Source: Phoronis australis (taxonomy: Eukaryota; Animalia; Phoronida). Taken from it: a DNA stretch of 63,716 nucleotides. The notes beneath the pieces are model-generated. The model was not told the origin of the DNA and did not search any database. It was given only the letters and a program-made list of their open reading frames with translations. The number at the start of each line of letters is the position of its first letter. Within the stretch, counting starts at the first letter, position 1. The translations under genes and the position numbers were made by a program. This document shows positions 37,701-49,700 of the stretch, piece after piece. The DNA is taken from contig NMRA01000032.1 of NCBI GenBank assembly GCA_002633005.1, positions 662,911 through 726,626 on the forward strand, read 5' to 3'.

Positions 37701-40700
37701 AATGTAAATAATACAGTTTCTGCACTTGAAAAGAAAATGGCAGAAAAGGATACTGAAAGAGATTCAGTGACTCACAATGATAGTCTTTGTAAGGTTGATG
37801 CAAAAAACGAAAACAGAATTAATGCGAGTAAGAATTCCATACAGTCTATCCCATCAGTTGAAGTCGAGGAGCCTAAGTTTGATCTGGGCTTCGATATTGA
37901 TTTTGACGACGATGATTTTGACGACGACATCATCCCTCCATCTCCTTGTAGAGAGACTTTAAACAAGGTCACAGAAACAAAACCTTGGGCATGTGATGAA
38001 GAATCACAGGTGTTTCACGCTGCCAAGCCAATCAGTGTGATTCCCGACAGCGAGGCTTTTCCAGTCACTTTTACACATTCAGATAATCTGATTCAGTCTG
38101 AAAAATTGCCAGAAACGGTGACCTCTGGAAATAGTTTGCGCAATGTAGTCCTTCCGATGGTGAGGTCAGAACAATTCACCGAGAGGGAGAGGAAGTGTGA
38201 TGATAATGTGGCCAATAAACCTAGGTTGTCATTGAAAAGGAAAAGTTTGTCTTTCATGATTGAGGAAGAATTTAGCAGTGAGTGTGTAGTGGAGCAGTTT
38301 GTTCCCAGCAAACGTCAAGACAATAAAAGTGTTCCGGTCCTGGAGGTTGCCCCTTTCCTAGGTAATAGTGAAATATTAAAGCTCTTGTAATTCAATATTT
38401 AAGTGGCTACAAACCTGCCTTCCGTCAAAAATCAACTTCCCATTTAGATCACATACAGTTGCAAATTAAATTGCTTTTGTCTTGTATACAGATCAGAGGT
38501 TAACTCATGAGTTTGGAGGTGACTTTTTATAGTAAGTTAGTGGTCTAAACCAAAGTTTGTTTATTTTTGATGGAACACAGTTTTGTTGCCACTCCAAATG
38601 TGGCAGATCGTGCTTGCTTACTGGTATGAAAAATTCAGACCTGACTTTGTCTCGTGCTTTTGCATATTAAAGATACACTGTTTGCTTTGTTTTAGTTAAA
38701 ACCAAGTTCACAAAATGGATTTTAACGCAAAATAGTTTGGTGAAACCTGAAGCACAGATAAGGCTTATTCAACACAACTTCAAGTATTTTCAAATTTAAC
38801 TGAATTCAATATGAATTTGTTAGGTTAATCTATATTTTGGTGGTGCACCACCACCTAAAATGGCCTCTGTAGTGAGTGACAGCTGATTCATTATGGGAAC
38901 TCATTCAACTGCCACCATGTGTGATGAGGTTTTCTTAGAAACCCGCCCACTAATATTTAAAAAATCAAAATTTATAGTGAAATATTTAAGAGAACATAAA
39001 GGGGACGGAAATTTATGAAAGGTTTTGGTGATATATTTTGACTGATGAAATATATTTTGCATTTTAAATTGGTGGAAATAGCGAGTGTCTTTAAGTACTT
39101 CCCCTGGAAGTGAAGAACATTCACTGACAGCTACACCACACAATTTTCCTCTTTGCCTCTGTATTGGATGCTATGGCTTATCTTTTCCCATAGGTATGGA
39201 TGAACAAAGCATGTGCAACTCTTGCCGATTCAATAGACTTGGTATTGAGGAGTTTACATACCATTATTTCTGAGATGTGTTCAAAATGACGAAACGTTCA
39301 ACCCCTATAATTCTGTCTGTACACTTTTGTAATCTGCTGTTTTTGCTAATTGTCTTTTGCTTGTCTTTGACTTGTCAGAATCGGATGATGAAGACATCGG
39401 TGTCGGTCTCAAGAAGAAAAAGACTGCCGCTATTATTGAATCGCCTACATTGGAGGCTGGAGTCTCACCAGTGTTACGTATGAGAAAAGTGAACTGTGGT
39501 CTATCTGAATCATTTATGTCAGCCAGTGACACGCCAGTTAGGCCAAAGCGCAAGAAATTAAGGGTAAAACGATAAAATTCCTTTAAATTTTTCAACCAGT
39601 TGTGTTCCTGTGTTGCCAACTAGTTCTGCGAGGCATAAATTATTTTGTCGAGGAGCATTAACATAACTGATTTTAATTTCCGCAGTGCTACTTCAATTAT
39701 GCTTGTTTGTGGTCAGAATTATCGCTTTTGTTCTTTCCTATTATTGTTACTCTATGCATTTTCAGCTACATTGAAATTCTTTGAATTAATTGCAATAGAC
39801 AGTGAGTTGTATCTGCTCTGGTGCAAGTCCGTTTTGCAATTTCAAGTAGTATCAACTCCTGTAGGTATTTAGCATTTGAAGTTGTTTACATGTTGGCATA
39901 AATGTCTCAAGCTGGATTTGCCTTGTTGATCTGGCACTTTGAATATATTTTGACTTCTAACCAAAGACCCAAAACCAACAGCTGTTATGCAATAAATTCA
40001 CGGAATTGTTGTGTTACGTGACTTGCATATTTTTGAATGGATGTCACTGCACGCCATTTTCGAATTTCAGTGTTGGCCAACCCCAATAAAACCAACATTT
40101 TTGTCTTGGCCTATTGAGAGGTTGTGTGTTCATTTTGTTATGGCCTATTGAGAGGTTGTGTGTTCCTTTTGGTTACAGTCATATCTTAGGAAATGAAATT
40201 TTGAGACATTTTTTATCAGTCTAGAATAAAAGGCATAATTTGATTTTTGTTTTTAGCCAGCTAACAAGGCAGAATGCAGTTTTTAGTCATTGACTTGAAA
40301 GTTCTGTCAGTGGATGTATTGTTCTTCATACATTTATTCCTTGTTTGATTTCATTAGACAAGACATACTGCAATGTTTTTCAGAAAGTGGCCTTCTCATC
40401 TGATGAGTCAACAAATGATGAATCATTCCAAAAACAAAAGAAAGTTTGGAATCTGTTGTCAACAGCAGACGACGGGGATGAAGATGACTTTGGTACCAAG
40501 TTGTTTTGAAGCTACGGTGTTGCCAGCCTTTTGTCAAAAAAATTTGATTTTCGGTCTAGGTGGATTGATTTCACAATATTATTTCTGGTGTAATCTTCAA
40601 TATTTTTAATGCTTAAACGGATATTAAGCCTGGTTTTTAACTATCAATGGATATAAGCACTGATTTAAGGCTTAAGTCTTTGGAACAAAATAAGGCTGGG

Positions 40701-43700
40701 TGGGCCTTCAAGAAGTCTGTTCAAGTTTAACAACTCCTTTCAATATCGGCTTTGAATTGACATGCATGCTTAAATATTTGGGCGAGTTAATGGACGACTG
40801 TGGGGAAGAACCACTTGTCTCGAACCACCAAATACACTTTGAGACCTAGTGAGGGCAGGGTTTAAACTAAACAATGCTCATATCCTTACGTGAATATACC
40901 AATCATCTTATGGCTGGTGATTGAATCAGTTTTGGGTAGAATCTCCGTAAAGGTTTAGTATCCTTTGAACCAAAACAAAATTTTAAAGCACGATGTTTGG
41001 ATAGGTGCTTTCACTATACTAACACGTTACTCTGACTCATCCTGAGGCTGGATGTAAAACGAGAATCAACCCAAAACCGAAAAAACACTTAAACAATGAA
41101 TGAGTACAACAACGTTAAGGACTTGTTCAAAAGCTGTGCAGTTTGATGGTGTCCAAATATAATCCGTGCAAAATATGCTACTTTGTTCCACTTTTTCAAC
41201 TTTTAAAAAAATTTTACAACTCTTCTTTGTAGACACAAGTAGAGGAAACAATCTGTCGAAAGTACGTCAAAGTTGGAGAAGAGAAGTGATTGAAAATAAG
41301 GTATACTTGAGTATGTTTGAATTTTTGTGTTTTTTGCAAGTGGGTGGTTGTGCAGCCGGCTAAATTTTTTATCACCTGTAGTAGTTGAATGTTGCAAAGT
41401 AACCATCCTTTTGTTAAAGAAATGACTTTGTTTAAACCACTTTCTATAATGAGATCAGTCTTGACTATACTTATTCATCTTATAGGCGATTTTGGGGCAT
41501 AGAAAGACCTATTAATAGTTTGTTATTGCTTGTTATGGCTTGTCATTTTACCCAGAGAATTAGCACGCCACCTCCTTTTAAGGTGGAACTTGCAGGCTGA
41601 TTCCTTATCTATGTGATTGCTTGGAAAATTGGTTAGAAATGCAACACATAGGGATGATGTGAATATGAAGTTGGTTGAAAACTGCCAAATGTTTTTAAGA
41701 ACAAGTTTTGTAGCAAAAATTGTCCACTGCAAATCACTCAACCATGTTCAGTAAGAATTGTGGCGTGGTGCTACATGATGCGGGCTATGTGAGCCCCCAA
41801 GGTTTGTCATTAGTGCAAAGGTCACTTATTTGCAGAATTTTCTGTTTTCACTCATACAAGTTATCAATGAATACAACATTATTACACTTTCTTTAGTGTA
41901 TGTTATGTTAGCATTGTCGTTTAGTTCCTGCCATGCAGTAGTTAGCGTAGCAAATACGTCTTTAAAACCAATCCAATTACATGCATTTGACGGGATTAAA
42001 TATTTGGTTTCAGCCGAGGAAACTCATTGCTCATGAGTTTGTTGAAGTAGAGGCTGAACTATCGGGAGAGGATTTATCAGGAGACGAGAGCGACACCAGT
42101 GGTGAGGATCGATACGAAGCCAGCTTCATCAACGATTGTACACAACAAAAGTCCCTTGTTAATGGAGGTATTGTCAACTGTCTTAGTTTGTTCCTGTGTT
42201 GACCATGTCAGTGAAGAGAAATCTTAATTTTTGGTACATTGTCATTTTTTCACAGTCATTCTTGTTTTTAAGTAGACCTTTTGACAGGTGTCAATTTGTG
42301 TGGCTTTAATGAGTGTTTTGAGGGGTGAATGGTTGGACATTGTCTAAATCAGTTCTGAGTTTAATGACAATTTCTGGACTTTGTGTAAATGTTGGACAGG
42401 AATCATACTTAATGAACTAAGTTTTAGTCTAAGTTCATGCAAAGTACTAACAAAGCGTGCACAGGTTTGTTTCACTGGTGAGGTGTATTCACTCTCATTT
42501 TTTACTTGTATATTTAAATTGTTATGAATTCATAGCTGAGGAAACTCTAAGCCCATTGCATAATTACGCATGTATGAGGAATTTAGGCATTATACTATTT
42601 TGTTCTTGACTCACTGGTAATGTTGCATATCTGTAGACTCACCCGACATGAAGGCGGTGTATCTCAAGTCTGTAAAGAGTCCCCTAGTGGGGAAGTACAA
42701 ACTGCAGTATGACCGTAGACCGGGGCTGGACGTGTTTTCTCAGGCATCATGCGAGGATGAAGAGGACGACGAATACTTGGAGGACAGCTTTTGTGTGGAA
42801 AATGAGGAGGAGGAAACAGGTAGTAGTAAACAGCTTCAGTGAAGTTGGGAGGACCGTCAAGGTGCACCTAAGGTGAAGTCAGGATGACTGGCAGTCGTGT
42901 TGAGAGGCACCTGTGGTTGGGTCGGGGTGACTGGCAGTCATGTCGAGAAACACCTGTGTTGGTGTTAAACTGGTCCGCTGTTGTGTCAGGGGCAATGCCT
43001 GGTTGACTCTCCAAGATATGCTATTATAACAAAATTGTATTTTATACAGACACAACTGTAATTTGAGAGGTGTTACAACCGTTTATTGAAAATGCAACAT
43101 TTGCCGTTGTTTCAACTGATGACAACTGCATGTCCTCAATCCATTCCATTTCTGTCTTCAGATTTTTCAACTGTTTGCAGAAAAATAGATTGCGGAATGA
43201 AGTTTTCATGTCTTGAAAATAGTGTGAAGCAAGTGTTTCTCAGCTGCTCCTAAAAGTCATCAATTGTGAAGAAAGTAATGTTTATCTAATTGGAAATTTG
43301 TTGCAGTCAATTTTCTTTAATTTAGAACACAGTATAGTTGAACAGTGTATAATTACTGTTATGGGAATTTTCAACAAGAATGAACAAAATAAAAGCTTTA
43401 CTTTTTATTTTTCACACTTTGCACTGTATAACTGTCATCAAAAAACGTAAGGATTTTGATCATTTTATAATGCAGTGAGCTTTTGAAAGGTTCAAAAGAC
43501 CATCTTCGCAATTACTTTTGTTCGAATTTGTTGAAATTTTACCATATATCCAGTTATTGTTGTCATTAACTTGAAATTCAGTGACTTAATGGCTGGTCAT
43601 CGATTACGAATAATATGTCTCTTTCCTAGCATTACAGATCCACATTAGAATTGGGTTGGATCGTAAAGAAGTTGTTTTTCACTCTAACTTTTGAAATTTT

Positions 43701-46700
43701 AGGTTTTATGGATGACACAGACTTGGATGGTACCAGGGTTCTGTTGCAAGATCACTTTGACCGTGAAAAATCAGGGGAAAAGCGTCCGAAAAAACGTCGG
43801 CGGATCGTCATGATGGAGTCCTCACCGGAAGATAATGAATTGGAGCATGTCAAAGAATTGACAGGTGTTGAACAACTTAATTCTCTGACAAGTTTTTCGA
43901 ACGATGCATCAGTCAAATATCAAGGTCAAACTTCTTGTAGTGTACCTTCCTCTAATAGTACAATGGGGAAATGTCAGCTGAACACCGATTCACGAAGGAG
44001 TTTGATAGACTATGAATATAAAAGCCAATTGAATGTGAAACCTCACGTAAGCTCTGTGACGAATGCCTTCAGGCTGCAGTCGCAGAGTTCGGCAGATGTT
44101 GAGCGAAAGGAAAGACTGAAGCGACAGAAGGACAAGCAGGAAGAATTTCGACGAATGATGGCTGAGAAGAGCACACTTGATGCTGAGAAGAGCAGAAATG
44201 ATTCTGTTGCAAGTCAGACTCACACACGGTTCTCTACAGTTGAGAGGACTGGCACTGGTTTAGGTGGACCATCCTGTGTTGATGTGATCAGTCCAATGGT
44301 GAGCTTTGAGTTTAAAGTGGTACTTTTTCACTGCAAAAATGATTGGAAATAAGTAAAAGGACTGCAAACTTCTAATTACAGAATGGTTTAGCCACCTTAT
44401 TGGCTTTTCTGTTAATTTCCATTCATTCTCGGTCATCAGGGGAGACTACTCTGACTGTGAATTCGGCTTCCGCTAAGCTGTTGTGATGGAGAATTTCAGG
44501 TGATTTTGTCTGAATGCTTTTGGCTTGTACTGTATACTAGGTCCTTATTTGTAGGGCCATCTGCTCGATAATACTATTTTAACTATTCAATGTTAACCTA
44601 ATGGTGTGCTATAGTGTAATCTTGGTATCAAAATTTTTTAAGTATCTGGAAAGATGACCTTTGCCCTTAGGACTTCCGTCATGTCGTGTGCTTGTGTTCT
44701 CTCTTAAATAATAAACTTGGGTGTGCCTCTGAGCAGTCAAAATCAAGGCCAGTAACATATACATATTAATTTGTTTATTGTCAGTTTGTAAAGAATTGAC
44801 AACATTAACAGTCAGTGCTATTTAGACCAACAAATTAAAGTTTTACAATTAAAATTTAATGAATAGTGTTAAAAATCTGAGGCTGCAGTAACATTTCAAG
44901 GAAAGGTAAAACAGCTGTGCATGCTACAAACGACACATCTACAAGCCAGACCCATCCCACGTTGAGATTAGAGCTCAAACTTTGCCGTGTCTGTGCAAGA
45001 CCGTATTTCCTTGCTAATACTCTTCCCTACGACAACATTGTGGTATTTAAAAATCAGTTGCCAAGGTGTGAAGTTTTATATCAGGGTACGACTACGCACC
45101 AACGCAATGCCTTAATAGCAGAAAAAAATGGCTACTGAATTCAATACAAAGTCTTGACAACTTCCAATTGAGACAAACGTTCTTCCCCGGGTTGCATCAT
45201 CCTCAGCACTTCATCACAGTTCATACTGGACACCCGTGTGGGGGGGCATTATTTTACTGGAATCTCAATTGTCCTCACGTTAGCAACTTGCATACAACTT
45301 CACATTTCATATCTAGTCTCAGTAAGCTGTGTTTTGTGCTTGTTTCACGCTAGGCAATTCATGTATGGTGTGGTGATTGTACACTTGTGTGGTATTAGCC
45401 AAATTTTTTTTCAGCCTAACAGGGTACAAGATAAAGGCAAGTTGGTCATCTTTGTGGACTCCAGGGAAATTAATGGTTCTCAGGTAGCATTTCATGATAA
45501 ATGTAATATCAGTTTTACTACGCACAGTATAAACTACAGTGTGACTTTCAACATGGAATGTTGTTCCCTGTTACAGCATTTCTTTGACCATGGGCCTCAA
45601 GCCACTTTGAGCCAACTTGTTGCTCCATCTAGTGTCCTTTTTTCACATGACTGACGGCCATATTGCTTTTTGTGCCTAAAATGATTTCCCACGAATATCC
45701 AACAACAGTCAGATTTTTAGCTGTAACTTCATTATATCATGATTATAATGTATTTGATTTATATGACAACCAGTAAAGTAATGCATTTTTGTGTATTCTC
45801 TGTTAACGATTTTTACTCCTGTTGATTTTAGAACTTGATCTCAAGTCTCAGGATGTCCCATAATATTCATGTAATCGTATGCCAATTAACCGGCTGCGAC
45901 TATATCGTCAGTCATCGCATGGGTGTGGAGAGAAAACAACTCTCAGGTAAACCATGTAAACAGTTGCAACTGGAAGCTTGTGCAAAGCAATGGCGCTGGT
46001 CACGTAACAGTGATTGCCACCACCTGCTGAAATCCATTATCCAGTGACTGTTGACTTGTTTTGACAAGGATTAGGTTCCACATTTTAATTTGTGACTAAC
46101 TTATGTTGGGAGTGGGTAAGAGAGATCCTGATAACGATAGCACCGTCTGAAATAATCTGATTTGAATTTTGCATCTTAACTAATCTTATTATTTGTGATT
46201 AGGAAAGTGTGCCATGCATTTTTGTCATAAGTAGTGCAGTAATTGTGGCTTATCACATGGGATAGATGACTTACTTGGACTTACACAGTGGTTATTGTGC
46301 AGTACTTGATGTAACAAAGCTATACATACTTTGGTCCAGCCGAATATATGTCCATCGGGTGTAAACAAAGAAAAATTTCCTGAAGGTATGCCTGGGATGC
46401 ATACTTGGAAGAACATCTGACGTGTTTGAACTCTAGTACTGTACCCAAGTTTATAGGAAATGCAAGTTAAAAGCCTTAACTTAGCTTATCAATTGCAAAC
46501 TCATTTCAGTTCAACCTTTTATTTAGGAAATGATTCCCATTATTGTACATTTGTGAGAAGAAGGTCTCAGGGAATTTTCCATTTTTTGTGTTGGTTTCTG
46601 TATTGAGGCATCATTTGTAACTTTGGCAAATATGCATGTAGACGCACATGGCAGGCAGGCATTGCTACTGTACATGTACTTTAAACCTTAGCCTTATAGT

Positions 46701-49700
46701 GAAGTACTGCAGTTACCCTCTCGTCCGCTCAAAGCAGTGAGTCATCAGGTCAGACACTCTACATATGTTAGTTTAGACTTGGTGTTGTTATTTTCTATAG
46801 CCAAGTCTATTTTCAGATTCTGTTGATACGAAACGCACTGTCGGATATTTTGAGAAATATGTTAAATGCCTTGAATTCAGATGTCCAAATTTTGGGGACT
46901 ATCCCAAACAGGAGAATTTTTATCGTCACGATATTGTATAATGCATGACAAATTGGGGTCACTGTGGATTGTAACTTACAGATTTCAGTAACGGTGCTAA
47001 CCGAACCAAGCTGGCTGAAGGACTGCGACTGCTGGCGGACATGTTTGAGAGAACCTGTCTCATCATAGAGAAAGACAGAGTGAAATCAGACAGCAAGGTC
47101 TCTACGCCAGGGTATGTAAACATGGTGAACATTCTTCAGTTTAGGACATAATATGATGGACAAGTGAAATTTTTGTTTGTCATATACCTCGAAGAAAACA
47201 ATTTTTAAGACAATTCTAGACTTACGGTATGGTTGTTACCAAATATCACTTGGTAAAAATTTGAACATTGTAAACTTTTAGTTGGAACATTTGAATAACT
47301 GAAAATTGTCAAATTTAGCAATTGTTTTGACTTAATAGCTAAAGACATTATACTGTAGTCTTCCTTTTGCAGATGAAGTTAATGTGCAAACTCTTGCAGT
47401 CTAACCTTTTTCAATTAAGACCTTGGAAGGGGTTGGTGTGATTTACTTTGTTTGAGTTCCAGGCAACTGTTCCAGGGGGCCTGGATCTATGTAGGCCACA
47501 ATGTAGGGCCCATTGCACAATACAGCTTGAGCTATTCTCATAATGACTGTCACTTTAAACTCTTATGGGTTGGGTTTTTTGTGCACTTTTAGCAAAAGTT
47601 GGAATTGGAGAAAAAATCAAAATTTACGAAATCATTAGATTTTGGTATTGATCCCATGTGTGGTCATTTAAAACAAAACATTGATTATAATTTTGTTAAA
47701 TTTACATCAAACCATTAATTGTAGCATCATACAGACACTATTTCGGAGAAACACCAAATTTTCCAGAAAAATGACATTTCAAATACATGAACCCAATTTG
47801 AAATGAGACAGTTCTTATAATTATGATCCGAACCAGTATTTTTTTCTACATTCAAGAGTTTTTGGTTTAATTTAACTAAATTGAATTCCTTGGTCCCATT
47901 GGGAGGACTATTTCCTGGAATTCCTGGGAGTGACTTTGTCTGGTATAATAAGTCTGCTGTATGACACGATCGGGGCTTTTGTTACAAAATTTATGCATGG
48001 CAAGTACAGGTCAAGATTTCATGATTAATCAAAACTGCATTTTGTACCATGATTGTATTGAAAAGAAAAAATTTCAACCGATGTAAATATATTAAGCTTG
48101 TAGTATATAGATGTAATGCTTTTCTGTCCTGCTTAGAATGTGCAAAACAATCCTGCAGGGTGTTTTGGTAAACGTACAAAGTTGTTTCAGGGCTTGTTAA
48201 ATCCTCTTTTACCAAAAGCGTATACATCAAAATTGACTCCACTGACTTTTAGAGGGCGTGAGAGAATACGAAATCTTCTTGTTACGACTGCCTATACTGT
48301 TACTAGGCACGCTTCACTTTCTATGTTGCTACTTTTCAGAACTAGAACAAAGTATGTGGACATGACCCTCTCACAACTGACCAATACTAATATCAAGGTC
48401 CTGTTCAGCGACTCACAAGGTGCGGATGAGTAAACTTTTGTCGTGTCGCGTAGATGAGCTTTGATTAGTTTGTTGGTAGCTTAATTGAGCCTTCCAGGGA
48501 TTGAGTTGTTTATCACGGCCACCAAATATTGTGTGCAAGACTTTTGTTTTGTGTGGTAAGTTGCAGCAAATGAAATGTGGCTGACCTTCTCAAGCAGGAA
48601 CAAAAGCAACAGACCAAAAGTTATAGCTGGTAATTTATTAAGAACTTAAGGATGCTTTGTTCATGGTGCCAATTATTTTGTGTTTTAAAATACAGGTAAT
48701 GATTAGTTTTTGTCCGAAAAGATCAATGTGTAACCTGAACCAGTCACATTAACTAAGAATCTAAGAAGTTTCTTAAAACACTGTTCAGATGTTATAAAAC
48801 TTCTAAAACCATAGCATGAATGTTCACTTACAAGTAGAAAGTATGAGGTCTAAAAAAATACTACTGCGTTTTTTGCACTACTTTGATGGAAGATTATGTT
48901 TTTCCATGGCCTGTTTACGGAATCATAAAAATTGCAGAGGTTGTGCTTTTCTTTTTATGGAGTTTATTTCATGATGTCGTACATACGGTAGAAGATACCT
49001 GTTGCAATCATGCAGGCTATTACAGAATGTTCTTGTACAACACGTCGGACTCCTCTCTTCTGTCTTCACAACTCAAACCAATTTTGAACCCCGATCTTTG
49101 CCGGCACCTTCAAACCACCTATCACTTCTCGTCTTCTTCCAAGTTTTGAAACTTCTTTTTTTTAAAGTTTGTCATGCCGGATCTTTCACTGGAAAAACTG
49201 TCCCTAGACTACCTCATTGCTCAGGTGCTTTCACTGTAGAGTAGCCATCGGTATATCTTACTAGTGCGCAGATATCTGTCGTGGCACTGGGATATAAGGA
49301 GAATGGTGGGGCTATTAACTGCAAATTGTTTTTAAGGCAAAAGCCAAATCTCGCAATAGGTGTTATCTTCCCCCTTATAGTACATATCTCTGGAGGGGAA
49401 CTTTTCAGCACCACTTTCTGTTCGACTGGCCTTCTGTATGAATTCATTTTTATAACCAAACATGACAGTGTGGTCATTGAACACAGTCTGCGTCGACCAT
49501 TGTTTTCAACAACAGCGAGTGTTAGAACATGATATGGGCTTTTTGCTGGGCCTTGTGCGCCACTTCTCTGTGGTCGACAATCCTGCCCTTAGGACAAAAT
49601 AATAAATGAAAAAAGATAACAAGGACTATTTCTGTTGTCCGTATGTTTTTTGATTTTCCGTATTATTTTGTTTTCACAATGGCTGATGCTTGTATGGATA

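Noticed and set aside
35943-38390. 815-aa ORF as an independent gene
   Set aside because: It is flanked by in-phase splice sites and carries FANCM-type motifs; it is exon 14.
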